Assembly (NCBI GenBank): GCA_013239625.1
Contig: MU054212.1
Coordinates: 620,001-684,000, forward strand
Length of the DNA stretch: 64,000 nt
Direction: 5' to 3'
DNA from: Lama guanicoe
Lineage: Eukaryota
In this document: positions 49,400-61,584 of the stretch, in pieces
Numbering within the stretch: position 1 is the stretch's first letter
Layout of the letters: every line of letters starts with the position of its first letter
Program-made: the position numbers and the translations under genes
Notes under the pieces: generated by a model
Told to the model about the DNA's origin: nothing
Database searches by the model: none
Seen by the model: only the letters and a program-made list of their open reading frames with translations

Positions 49400-50320
49400 G
49401 TCAATAAGAAACACCATGGGAAGCACATTACAATCTAATCGCCTTATCCAAATGATCAAACTTAACATCTCCTATAGTGGGAGGGACAGATCCACACCAT
49501 GTGCCTCCCGATATGACGCACTGATGATGCACGCGGTGTTCCTCCAAATGTGCACAACCCGGGGCTGAACCACAGGAAACACAGAGACAATCCCCAATTC
49601 AGGGAGAGTCCATAAAACAAGGGGCGCACACTACTTAAATGTGCGAAGGGAATAAAAGGCCAAGGAAGTGTTCCAGATTAAAGGATACGAAAGAGACGGG
49701 ACACCTTTGGGGGAAGAGATCGCTATAAAAGACAGTAGTGGGATAATCGGCCAAATCTGAACATGGACGCAAGGTTACATAACAGTGCTGTATCGGATGT
49801 TAATTTTCTAAATTTAATCGCACTGTGGTTACACAAGAGATTGTTATATTTAGGAGATATACTTTGAAGTATCTAGGGGTAGGGTCATAATCTCTGCAAC
49901 TGATTCTCAAATGGTTCAGAAAAAAATAAGCACAATGATAATTACATATTATAACCTTACATATTCTATGTGATATATATGTATACGTATGGAGAAAGAA
50001 AGCAAATGCAAAAAATGTTAACTAATGGGTGAATCTAGATAAAAGGTATATGGGAGTTCACTGTAATATTCTTGCAACTTCAGTATAGGTTTAAATTTTT
50101 TTCCCAACTAAGAAGTTTCATTGGAAAAAAAAATCTCTTCTATATAATGAAGCATTTACAGATGAAACACTATGACGCCTGGGGTTTGCTGAAACGAGGC
50201 ACTGAGTGGACCCTTAGGCTGAAAACTGTTGAAGGTGGGTGATGAGTGTACAGAGCTTCACCAGACTATTCTGTCTACTTTTACACATGTTTAGAAATGC
50301 CCATGATAAGTTTTTTTTTA
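49400..50320 (+). mobile_element. Old L1 (L1MC4/L1ME-like) 3' UTR remnants
   Basis: aaatgatcaaacttaacatc, ttccagattaaagga, gatgttaattttct, tctgcaact.attctcaaatggttcagaaaaa, gggtgaatctag.taaaaggtatatgggagttca.tgta.tattcttgcaactt. Confidence 0.82.
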
Positions 50321-51819
50321 ATTCTTGCACACAAAGTACATTGCCAATCACAGATATTTTCACATTTTCCTCATTCATTAAGAAAGTTGATTTAGAGATT
50401 TTTTTGGTTTAGAAATCAGTGGGTTTTATATGGTTTATGGGTTTCATATACCAAAATATCCTGGCCTCTGTCTTTTCCCAATCATTCTCTCCTCCCAAAG
50501 GAAGGTACCAGAAAACACAAACCCCAAACTGTCACATGCTCTTTCCCCCTCTTTCCACTTGATGATGCAACGACATATACAGGGTTGGGCTCCTTCACTA
50601 CTGACCGTTCCATCAGGGGGCAAACAGCAAAGGACCAAGGACATGAACGGAGGCAGTGAATGCAGCATTTCCACTGTTATGGGACTTTATCATATGACAT
50701 CTCACACCAAGATATATTCTATGTACGTATTGAATTTGATTATGTATTTACATATACATGCGTAATACACAACGACCTGATAGTCACAGCCTGGCAACAG
50801 TGATGCTTATCAGTTCTGCCCACAACCCCTGACAGTCCTCACTGTTGTCATCACACGTACCCGAGAGACTAGCAGAGGGACCCATACAGAGGAGTCCTCG
50901 AGGCTGGGGCCTCACGGCCTTGGGAAGGGCAGGGCGACACGGGACATCCTGAGGCACAGGAAGGTCTCCATTCCAGCCCACCCTACTCCTTTGGCCTTGC
51001 CAACTTTCAAGGCACACACACAAACAGCCTCCAGGAGACTCCTTGGCACCAGACTGTCAAGGCACAGGCCAGGGGGGAGGGGCACAAGGGGTGAGAGGCT
51101 GTTAGGAAGGGTTTCTGGGGACTGCACAGGAACAGGCAGGTTGCAGGTGGGAGGAGAGGACCCTCATGGCTTTGGCGTCTGCTTTGTAGGATGCAGGATG
51201 CTTCCCCATCCATAGGCAGTGAGCGTTCTTTGGATCCCCTCAAAAAGACAACCCCTTGGGGCTCAGGAGAGACAAGAGGACAGCCAGGTGTGAGACAGCG
51301 CCTGGTTTCCCACCAAACTTGGCCTTGAGCAACACCTGAGTACATTAAGCACGAATGGGTTTTTTGATTGATTTACTCAGATGAATATATTTACAGCTAT
51401 TTACAAAGAAATGGGACATCCTCATGCAATGTGCATTCACACCTGAAATATTTACCATATGGCGTTTCCTTTATCAGGAAGAAGGCTACATCAACGAATG
51501 GGTTTTAATGTCTTTCTTTAACACCAGCTAATCTTTTAAACAAGAGGAAGAGTCCTGACGGTGGGTTTTGGGGGTTTTTTTTCCCCTTCAAATAACAGCC
51601 TGTTCTAAAGGCAAAAAAGGAGATTGGATGAAAACCCAGAAACATCTGAAACAAAAAGTCCGAAATCCTTGGATCAAAGCATCTCTGTTGGTTTTCTATC
51701 TACAGGACTGAGCGTCACAGCTACTGCGGTGCTGTGACAGGAAGCTGTCAGGGAGCAAGGCAACCAGGCCGGAGTTAGCACAACAGGGGCACCGGGATCT
51801 GCCCAAGGGTCCGGCCCAG

Positions 51820-51930
51820 TTCATGTTTCAGCCGGGGAAACTGAGGCACGGAGGGGCGTGAAACCTGCCCACGGTCACTGTGCTGTGGCCCAAAACCATG
51901 ATTCAGATACCTGGACTCACAGTGTTTTTC
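51820..51930 (-). mobile_element. MIR core fragment
   Basis: ggggaaactgaggcacggaggggcgtgaaacctgcccacggtcac...gattcagatacctg. Confidence 0.7.
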
Positions 51931-52293
51931 CCACCATGGGAAATCTGAAAAACCCAATAAACCGCAAATATTATTTTTAAAACGTAAAGTCATTTTCATG
52001 TTTTCCATTTTCATTCTCCATCGGTATTGCACAACTCAGTGAAGTTTTGGACATCGATGAATGAAATCTAGCACGGGTTGTTTTCCCCTGAAGAATAAAA
52101 TATTTCAGGGAAAAAAGGAGTAAATTTTAGAATAAGACATAAAATAGGGATATATGAGTGTTTGTAATAAATTCCTCTGTAAACTCTCAAGTACAAATCA
52201 TCAACAGACAGTTTATCATCGAAGTTTAAAGTCAGGTTAAATCTGTTTTAGAGGTTTGTGGAGTTTTGTTTTTGTTGTTTTTCTTTAACTTAC

Positions 52294-52319
52294 CTACAGA
52301 TCTTTGCAGAAGATGTTTT
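52294..52319 (-). CDS. TMEM241: TMEM241 coding micro-exon ~6 (26 nt, phase 0-2): KTSSAKIC(S)
   Basis: Acceptor ctctatttccatacag|AAA, donor TAG|gtaagt. Matches recalled human KTSPAKICS and bridges the neighbouring phases. Confidence 0.93.
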
Positions 52320-53165
52320 CTGTATGGAAATAGAGACATACAATTAGTCTTTAAAAACTCTTTTTTGTTCCCCTTAAAAGAAAATGTTTAGATCAAGAGG
52401 CACATAAATTACGAGCAAGTTTATTGGGGGCTTAAAGCTTACAGCACTTCAGTATTTATTGAGGTCTTTTTCTGCTTGGATCAAATGAAGGATGACTCAG
52501 AGGTCCAGGGTTGAGTCACTTCGGCCAAGCACTCTGGATGTGCAGTTTTACCACTCTCACCATTAGAATTATGTTTGTGAAGAAAGCAAAATGACTCCGG
52601 GCCCAAGCCTTCCAGCATCTTATACACCATGAAAAGGAGGGAGACAGAGAAATCGACATACCCTGCATAGGAAGAGAAATTCAGCTCTTGTTCAACTTCT
52701 AGTCCAGCCTGTCTCTTTAAATTTTCCTTTCATTAACCCAGCTCTGACTCTGAGCAGTGCTATAAATTCTCTGGTATGATGTGTAAATTAGGAAACAGAA
52801 AAAAGGAGAAGGGACATTGGACTCCACCCCTAGAGGGAAGGGAAAAAGGGCAGATTGGGAAAATCAAAATGTGGCATGTAAAGCGATCTGAAATGAAGAA
52901 ATTCTACTGCAGACTCCACCTTTATTACCTCCTTTTTATTAGTCAGTTTAAGAGATTCAGTCCTTGACACTTGGGAAGAAATCTCGAGCAGGGAGAAGCA
53001 CAGATTTTTCTAGATCTGATAGGAGAAATGGTCAGGAAAGATAACAGATAAATTCTGCACATTTCAGAAGGATTATTTTACTAGTTGAGGACGAACTATG
53101 ATTTTTTTTAACTCCAGTTCAGATAAAGTGTGAAGTATGAACATACTGTTTAAAAATGAAGCACT

Positions 53166-53450
53166 CAAAAAGTCTAAACTTCCAGTTATAAAATAAGCAA
53201 GTCCTGAGGTCATAACGTACAAGCATGGTGACTATCGTTAATAACACTGAGTTGTATATTTTAAAGTTGCTAAGAGAGTCGATCTTAAAAGTTATCACAA
53301 GGGGGAAAAATGTAACTATGTGTGGTGATGGATGTTAACTAGGCTTATTGTGGTGATCATTTCACAATGTATATAAACAATGAATCATTGTGTTGTACAC
53401 CTGAGACTACTATAACGTTACATGTCAATTATATCCCAATTTTTTTTTTA
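53166..53450 (+). mobile_element. L1MA9-like 3' end with TSD
   Basis: aacttccagttataaaataa...catggtgactat.gttaataa...aaagttgctaagagagt.gatcttaaaag...tgtaactatgtg.ggtgatggatgttaact. Flanked by aatgaagcact / agtgaagcact. Confidence 0.9.
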
Positions 53451-53669
53451 AGTGAAGCACTGGCAAGAGGAACATGTGGTTTGCTATGAAGGCTACCCTC
53501 AGTTTTCATGTGTGACTAAATAATCCAGTTTGCTTTGTAATAAAAGGCATGATGTGTGTGTACAAAACAGTGGCTCTCGACTTCAGATCCTTTTTATCTT
53601 TTATATGTCATCTCTCATCTTTGTGGAACCTGTCTCAGCAGAGTCCAGAGGCAAAGCCAACACTGACTC

Positions 53670-53688
53670 CACTGCCCCCTGGTGGGGA
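53670..53688 (-). promoter_or_regulatory. Candidate CTCF binding site
   Basis: The minus strand reads CCCCACCAGGGGGCAGTG, a near-perfect match to the CTCF core CCASYAGRKGGCRS. Motif only; binding is not shown. Confidence 0.55.
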
Positions 53689-54269
53689 CACACGTCCCTT
53701 CAGTACAGAAAGGATGATACCCAGAGGTGACCTGACTCACACCTGGATAATTGCTCCCATCCTGGGAAAATGAGTTTCTGAAAGATTCTGAGCTAAATAT
53801 AGCCAACAGCTCCAGGATGCGGAGAAAAAGTAGAAACGGAGAGGATGGAAAAGGATGCTCCAACTCTTCCACGAGTAACATGTTCACCAGCAGCTGCTTG
53901 GGGGCTTCAGTTACTGGGCAAGAAGTCAACTTAGTGCCTGAAGGAGTTCACGCATTCCACAGAGGAGAAAATCCTTTTTATTTTAACCTCCTCTGACTAA
54001 CGGAGCCCAGAACCTGAGATATGGAGGGTGAAAACAAGCAATAAATTCATTACTGAACTCCCCTGCAACCAGGGCTCCAGAAACAAGCCAGGAATTCATG
54101 TCAGGGATTCATCTCAGACCCCTCGGTCCTCAAATCACTCCTTGATAAGTCCCAACAACATCTCAGCTCCGAATAGGTCAGTATAACTCCTCCAAAGTCA
54201 TCCTGCCAAAAGTCATGGTCAGTAGTTCCCGTCACTCTGGCTCAGCTGACTCACTCCGAGGGCTGCTCG

Positions 54270-54435
54270 CTCTGTCTAAGCACGCTACACGTATGGCCTC
54301 ATTTTGCTACGGGTTAGTGAACAGTCTTGGCTTACAAGCTACAGATGAGGACGCTGAGGCACAGAGAAATTAGGTCAGCTGCCCAAGGGCACAGGGGCTA
54401 GGCCCAGCGAGCTAGCTCCAGAGCTTGACCTTTCC
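54270..54435 (-). mobile_element. MIR SINE
   Basis: tacagatgaggacgctgaggcacagagaaattaggtcagctgcccaagggcacag. Confidence 0.72.
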
Positions 54436-55312
54436 CAACACTACTCTGCACAGCCTGCCTGCCAGTCCCGCAGGGACACCCACTGGCCCCTGCCACAAGC
54501 CTTCATCTGTGGCTTCCTCTCTGCCTGAGTGCCCTTTCTCCCTGACCACCCAGAAAATTCCTGCCAGTTAGTGTGACTGGGTTCAAATCTAGCCCCTGGC
54601 CCTTGCAAGCAGACTTGCCAGTGGCCACCTCCCCCCGGCCATTTTGATGTGAATCCATCTGCAATAGGCAGATGTAAGAAAAAAGGAACTGCCAAAAGAG
54701 GTACCAAATAAAAACCACCACCAATATCATTAGTAACCATAGCTAATGAGGACAAAGCACCTACTATGAGTCAGCAAGTGTTGGGAGCATTTATCGGCAC
54801 CTGCGCTGCATGGTGTCTTCCCAGCTACTCCTTGAGTGGGTGACGTCACCCTCCCCTTTCACACACGGAGCACAGAAGGTGAGGGGATCTGTTCCAGCTG
54901 GTGTAAGGCAGAGCTGGGGCTGGGAAGAACAGAAGATTTCCCGGGGTTGGGCTGAAGCTCGCAACACCCTGTGGGAAGCTCGCTGTAGATTTCCTCAAGG
55001 TGCTGGGATGCGGTGAGGGGAATGCCCCCCAACCCCAGGCCCACAGTCAACTCCACCTCGGACCCCCAGGCCCTGGCTCAGCACTGGCCTGAAGCTGAGC
55101 TCCGTTCAGACGAACAAGGAGCCCCATGTATGTCTGGAGAACTGAAGGGATGTCAAAACTGTGATCCTTGAAATTAGTGACCACCGTCAGGCAGTCTTGA
55201 CTGGAAACAGATGGCAGGAAAAGGTAGACGCTAATCTGGGCCATAAATAAAAAGCATGTCTTTGAAATTTCAAGCCAGGGAAGTGAAACTTGCCTTTTGC
55301 ATTGTCATTTAC

Positions 55313-55390
55313 CTCTTTCCGAAAACATTTCTGGTGCCCACAGATGATAACTTCAGCTACATTATGCAAAGTCAGAAATACAGGAATGGC
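55313..55390 (-). CDS. TMEM241: TMEM241 coding exon ~5 (78 nt, phase 0-0): AIPVFLTLHNVAEVIICGHQKCFRKE
   Basis: Acceptor ttttgttttctttcag|GCC, donor GAG|gtaaat. Overlaps track ORF 55187..55369. Confidence 0.96.
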
Positions 55391-55858
55391 CTGAAAGAAA
55401 ACAAAAGAATAAGCATGAGAATACTTTCTTTGATCTCATAATTACATAATTCTTGATTTCTGCTTAAAAATAAAGATCTGTGGGAACTTTTGGCATTCAC
55501 ATACACACTCGTCTCCAGCAAAACCTCTTCTGCGTGGATTAGTGGTCTTGCTTGTAGCATTTTGCAGAAGCTCCCTCCTACAAGTATTCTCATCAATATA
55601 CATTTATTAACCACCTGCTGTATGTTGGGCACCATGCCAGGTGCAGGGGACACATCCCACGATGACCTCTCCACCCTTCTCTTCCCTTCTTTTCCCTTCC
55701 ACACTATGTTCTACACGGGCTGCTCCCTCCCTCTGCCAGGCCCTTGTGTGTTCCTCTGCCTCCTTGTCTCTTTTTGTTGGGCTCACTCTAGTTCATCATT
55801 CTGCTCTCATTTAGACATTGGCCTTCACTTCCTCCGAGAAGGTATGCTGTCCCAACAC

Positions 55859-56333
55859 TGGGTAGACTGAAAAAAAGCCCTCCAAAACACAGCTGCGTCC
55901 TAACCCCTGGAACCCATGAATGTTACCTTATATGGTAAAAAGGGGTCTTTGCAAATGTGATTAAGTAGAGAATCTGGAGGTGGGGGGTTTACCCTGGATT
56001 TCCCAGGCAGGCCCTAAATACAAACACTTGTATCCTCCCAAGAGAGAGGCAGAGACCTGACATACACAGAGGAGACCCCAGGGGCAGAGGCTGGAGTGAT
56101 GCAGTCACAAGCCAAGGAACCCGACAGCCACCAGAAGCTGAAAGAGGCATGGAACTGATTCTCTCCAAGAGCCTCTGGAGGGAGCACAGCCCTGCTGACA
56201 CTCCTTGAGTTCAGCTGGTGATACTCGTTTCAGACCTCTGGCCTCTAGAACTGGGAGAGAATAAATTTCTGTTGTTTTAAGCCACCCAGCTACATGGTAA
56301 CTTGTCACCGCAGCTACAGGAAACTGGAATACA
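55859..56333 (+). mobile_element. MLT1C/D-type ERVL-MaLR solo LTR
   Basis: tgaatgttaccttatatggtaaaa..gg.ctttgcaaatgtgattaag, caagccaaggaa, ccaccagaagctg, agaataaatttctgttgttttaagccac, ...ggaaactggaataca end. Confidence 0.92.
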
Positions 56334-57010
56334 AGGAACGACAAGATGGTGGCATGAACTTGGCAGTGGCAGTGAAGATGGAGAAAAGCGGCCACATCAA
56401 GGGCATATTTAGGAGACTGAATGGAGGTAAATGTTTGGATAACTGGGATCAACTCTGTGCCAAAAAAAAAAAAGGGTGAGTGGAAGAAGGCATAAAAAAA
56501 TGTCACACTCCAGTGGGTTATCAGGATACACAGAGAACCCACTGCATGTTGACTAGCGCTGGGCTGTTGGGGCAGGACAGCAGTCGCTCCTAATTTGATA
56601 GAGAATCTTAACAAGGTAAGGGGGAAGGATTACCGGGCAGGGATTTTGCTATTGTCTCTGTTGTTGATGATGGCGATGTTTCCTGGAAAGCAGAAAAGGA
56701 TGGAGAATACGCATGGGTCTTGGCATCATCCTGAGCTTCAGCCTCCAGCTCCACCATCTGCTAGTGGAGCACTTATCCGGACAGTTTGCTCCTCTGCAGG
56801 ATGAGGATAACAATACCTACGACCTGGAGCTACTGGGAGGGATGATGGAAAACTGCGAGGAAGGCTGTCAACATTAACAGGTACCAAGCCCGCTCTCAGT
56901 GGCCTCCACGGAGGACCCTGAGCTGGGAAACTGTTCCAGCTTCAAAGGCCCTTAACTGAGTCTTTAACCAGATGCTGCTGCTCGCCCACTTCAAGATGGA
57001 TTTATTCTTT

Positions 57011-57205
57011 TTTTTTTTAATAGACTTAATTCTTTCAGAGCAGTTTCAGGTTCACAACAGAATTGAGCAGAAAATACAGAGTTTGCACATAGCCCTCCCC
57101 ACCCACACAGATATACTCCCCTACCCTCGACATCCCTCATCGGTGTGGCACATTTGGTACAATCGATGAACATACATGGGCACATTATTTCCAACCGAAG
57201 TCCAT
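57011..57205 (-). mobile_element. L1MC/MD-like 3' end, 5'-truncated, with 17-bp TSD
   Basis: Same family as 31400-31712. TSD agatggatttattcttt (56994-57010) / agacggatttattcttt (57206-57222). Confidence 0.88.
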
Positions 57206-57229
57206 AGACGGATTTATTCTTTATCTTTT

Positions 57230-57545
57230 GAGAGGATATATTTTTACCTTGTCTTTAAGACTTTTAGAACTTTGTAGTTCTGTCCTATTTCAGTATTTTG
57301 CTCTAACTTGCACTGTTTCATTTCATTCTGAGTTCTTGCATTACCTTTTTCTTGCCTTTTTAACATTTTGTACTCTTTTTCATTAAAAGCTCAACTCAAA
57401 CTGTTTTTTACTTTTAAAAATCATATTCTATTTTAATCACTTTCTGTTTTTCATTTGCCTTTTGTGCTTCTTTTATGTCTCTTAAATTTTTATATTTTGA
57501 ACTATTTTTTATGTGTTTTAAGGTTATTAAAGAGTTTTCTTTAAC
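57230..57545. repeat. T-rich low-complexity tract
   Basis: Strong T bias on the plus strand with many T4-T6 runs. Confidence 0.6.
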
Positions 57546-57914
57546 TGGCTCTATCCATTAGGCCCATGTTTGGAAAACTCAGGCCCTGGACTCCTAGGTC
57601 TTTCTTCTAGCACAGAAAATCTTGGACAGGGAGGGGGTCCACGGCAATGTAAATGAAGGAGCGGCCTGGATCCTATTTGTTTAAAATTAAGACCTGATTT
57701 TAAACGCTTTTGCCTCCCTGACTGTAAAACCAGTAAGGGAACTGGATTTAGGGCTGGGATCATGGCACTCTGGACCCTGATTCTAGACTTCAAGGAGGCT
57801 TACTTTTCTCAATTTTATAAACCGTGGACAGGCTTCTCCATCTCTGTAGGCCCTACTCTGATCAGATTCTGGAAAAGGATCTATCTCTATGTGCAGAATT
57901 GATTTTAAAGTTTA

Positions 57915-58140
57915 CTAATAATAGCTACCAACATGTTAAGCACAGTGCTAACTGCTTCAACTGCATTTAAACCTTCTCCCAACAACTCTAACTGCAGATG
58001 CTGCCACCCTGACTTAGAGACAAGGACACTGAAGCTTAGAGCGATCAGGCAGCTTGCTGGCAAGCCCCGGGCTCATTCAGGGTATGACTCTATGACTCCA
58101 ACCCAGGGCTGTCTAATGGCAAAGCCCATGCTCCCAGCCT
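57915..58140 (-). mobile_element. MIR SINE
   Basis: aataatagctacca...aagcacagtgctaa.tgctt..actgcatt.aacct...aggacactgaagcttagag...gtctaatggcaaagcccatgct. Confidence 0.7.
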
Positions 58141-58664
58141 TGATGTTTTAGGACCCAAATTACGGCAAGCCCCAGTGTAAACCTTCTGGGCCTACGACTG
58201 TGCAAAGACCAATATGACTGTGTATTCCAAATCCCGCCAGTCCGCCGCCCCCAGCAATAAAAATGCTATGATCTAAAATGGATGAACCTGGAGTAAACTC
58301 TATGCCATTTTTAAAGGGATATCTTCCATTTCTCTTAAGAAGTTTTAAATCTGAATCTCTCAAGCCATTTTGTCAACTGAGGAACTAGCAGGTTCTAGAA
58401 ATAGTAATCCTATAACTGACTTTTATTCAGCCTCCCCAGAGAGCTATCAAAAATCGTCTTAAGGCAGTTTGCAACTTTCATTACTGATTTTCCCTTGGCC
58501 TCCACCTCTGTGCACCAAGCTCCAGTATGAACTATGTTATTAGTTCAGGAGACCCCCAGCAACTGATTATTTTAGAAAACCTGCCCTTTATCTTTATGGA
58601 GTGAGGATCAACAGAACTTGATTTTGTGAAATCAGATAGAAGTTCTGAGAAATGATCATCACCA

Positions 58665-58800
58665 TAATAATAGCTAAGATATACTGAATGTTTATTATGT
58701 GCCAGACCTTGTTCTGACTGCTTTTACACATTTAATCATCATCCTAACTCTGCAAGGTAGATACTATTAACATCCCCATTACACGGATGAGAAAAAGGAG
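58665..58800 (-). mobile_element. MIR SINE 3' half
   Basis: ataataatagctaa.at.tactgaatgtttattatgtgccagac...aggtagatactattaacatccccattacacggatgagaaaa. Confidence 0.82.
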
Positions 58801-61584
58801 GGATATATCTTGGCTCTCTTTTTCAACCTCCCCATTAATAAGCTGAAATCACTTTTAGATCATCTAGACGCTAGCTTTCTGCTAAAGAGACAAGAAAAAC
58901 AAGTATGTTCCTCCACATCGTCAAGGGTCCAGACACAATAATAAAAGGTCTCACCATCTTTCATCAGGAAAAATGGCCCAAGATCAACTATCGTGAAGCC
59001 CAAATAATCATTTTTGACACAAAATGTAATTGACCATAGTCAACTACACTGCCGTCCAAGTCATTCAGTCATTTAGGGGCACAATCTGCAACTAATTTAT
59101 TCTTAAGAGTCCATTCACTTAAAATTCAACATTTCATCCATGAACCATTGAAAATTCTTCTCTGGTTGTTGAGAGAAATTGGTAATTATTACTCAAGATT
59201 CTTCATTATTCCCATGCTTCCCAGAGTGAAATTTTCAAGGCTTGATTGTTATTTGTTCAGGTGTTGGAACTGACTTAAAACGGCTCTCCATGGAAAATCC
59301 TGGCCCTGCCCACATGCACAGCCTGGGGTCACTCTGCAGGCATGTGGATGACTCCCTTAGTCAAGTCCTGGGTCAGCTTCTTAATTTTTGTAGAAGAAGG
59401 TCAACCCTACCGTTAATTTGGGTGATTTTTAAATATGTGGATGTGACCTTCATCTACAACATGGAATCATTGCTTGCCAGGCCCTGGCCAAAGAATGTAC
59501 CTTTGAACTGTTGGCTGCCTACTTTTTATCAAAATCATGCATGCCAGAAATAAATGTTCCGAGTGGAAGGGAGCCACGTAACCTGGGGGCAGTGGTTTTA
59601 GCCCCGGAGCAATCTGCTAAATCCAGTGCCATGAACTTTCTGCCTCAGACCCCAGTTTTAATAAGTCATTTTATAAGGGTTACGGAAAACATCTTCAGAC
59701 GGAGCAAGAAGATAAGAGGAGGGGCTTATTATTTTGCCTCTGAGCCCACACCTTAAGTAATCCTTGCAATTGGACTCTGATCACCTCTGATAAGAAAACA
59801 ACGTGAAAGAAGAGAGCTGTCTCTAATCAGCAGTAACAGGGAGCGTCAGAGAAGGGTCTCCATTCAACATGAACACTTACGTTCTTCTCCCTGAGCCTCC
59901 AAGACCCCTTATATGACATTGGAGCCAAACAAAGGAGGAGCGAACCCACGGGCTCCAGTTTGCTTGAGTAATTTTCCTCCACACAAGTCTAATCATCCGT
60001 GTGTTTCTTCACCAACACTCCCATCCAATCTCTCCTCCAATGCGCTGAGTGAATGCTGTGCTCGTGAAGACACAAACCCTGACAAGCAGTTAGAGAAGGA
60101 TTAAGACCAAAGTGCTGGGTCAGAAACCAAGTCCAGGCCTGTCAAGACGCCTCCCTTTAGATTTGCAGAGACTTCCGACTGCTGACCCTAAGCAAGAAGA
60201 CAGCAGATTTTGGTTTGAGCAGCCAAATCACCAACCCTGGGATGGCCTCTCCCCAGCCAGCTCCCTAATGTGTGAATTTGCACGTCTGTTCTAAACACTC
60301 ACCCACACAGGCTTTGAGGCAATCCTGTCCAGCTGAGAAGGCTTCTGGCAGGGAAATTATAATAAGAGTACTAATGACTGGTTGAAGTTGTACTGTCCCT
60401 CCAAAGACTGATACTCATGCCATCGGCCATCATCACTGTGACCTTATTCAGGGTGGGACAAGCTGGAGAAGCAGATCCGAATTAGCCCGAGTAGAAGGGA
60501 GGACACACAGCTTCTCTCCCTTCCTCTTCGCTCAGTTTTGATGGGCTGACCTCCTTTGGTTGCTGTGACTGAGGAAGGAAGGAGGGGAAGCGCTGGGGGT
60601 GAACCATGATGGCTGGACAGGCTAGAGCTGGCATCTCTGCTTTAACATTTACTGCTTGGCGACTGGCCAAATAATTTGCATCTCGGTTTCTCCATCTATA
60701 AACGGGAGGAGTTAACCCCGACTGGGTACGTCATGAGGGTCAGCACTAGGAATTGCCTGGCACATAAATGACACTGAATATTCACGGTGGCGGTTCCCAT
60801 GGTGAGCTATGTGTCTCTCATGGATTCCCCTTGAAGTTCTTCAAGGTCAAGAAGCAGGTCTTATTCATCTTAAAACCTCCAGTATTAGAGCCTCAATAAA
60901 TATTTGCTGAATGGACAACCACAAGAATAATCTCCTTCCCTTAACTCTATCATTCAGTTGTGAGTTTGAGGTGGAAAAATCAATAAAGAGCTGTCCCCAC
61001 CCTGCCTTTGCAGAGTTAAATCAGCTTCCGCTCAGGAGTCACATCAGAAGAACAGAGCTTCAAAGTCTTGTCAGATAAAGGAGGTCTTTATGGAGCGGAG
61101 CAACTTCGGGTTTTGCATAACAATACACCCACAGATTTTAACTGATCACTTTTCCCCTAGTTCCTTGTGGATTCATGAAACTGACAGCTTGGCACCAGCA
61201 TATTGACGCCTGTTTTCTATCTAACACCAGCTGTATGAGTGCTTCATGTTTAATCCACTCTGTAAATTTTTAAGCAACTATGTAAAAACAAAAACCTCAG
61301 AAACCCAAGAAAAGATGCTGGGTTGAGTTATTTCATTAAAAAAAACAAACTCTAATAAGTGTCTCCTTTCCGTCTGCCTCCCACTGCAATCAGGTGTACT
61401 CAGTTTCCCTTTCCTCAGAGTGTGAATTGCAGCAGCTTCTTTCTGCCTATGAAAGAAGTCTGTGCTCTAGGCCAGGGCCACTCAAGTGTGGTATCCCCAG
61501 AAGACCAGGAGCTTACTTCAGAATGTAAATCAGTGCATTGCTTCCTTCTTCAAAAGGTCTTGCTGTGGAAAAAAAAAGTTAGCT

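Noticed and set aside
56105..56614. 169-aa minus-strand ORF
   Set aside because: Largely an antisense read-through of the MLT1 LTR.
57755..57790. Possible TMEM241 exon 4 (GSR-like codons on the minus strand)
   Set aside because: The flanking translation does not match the expected WLPASVLFVGIIYAGSRALSRL, and there are no fitting splice sites. Exons 1-4 appear to be outside the window.
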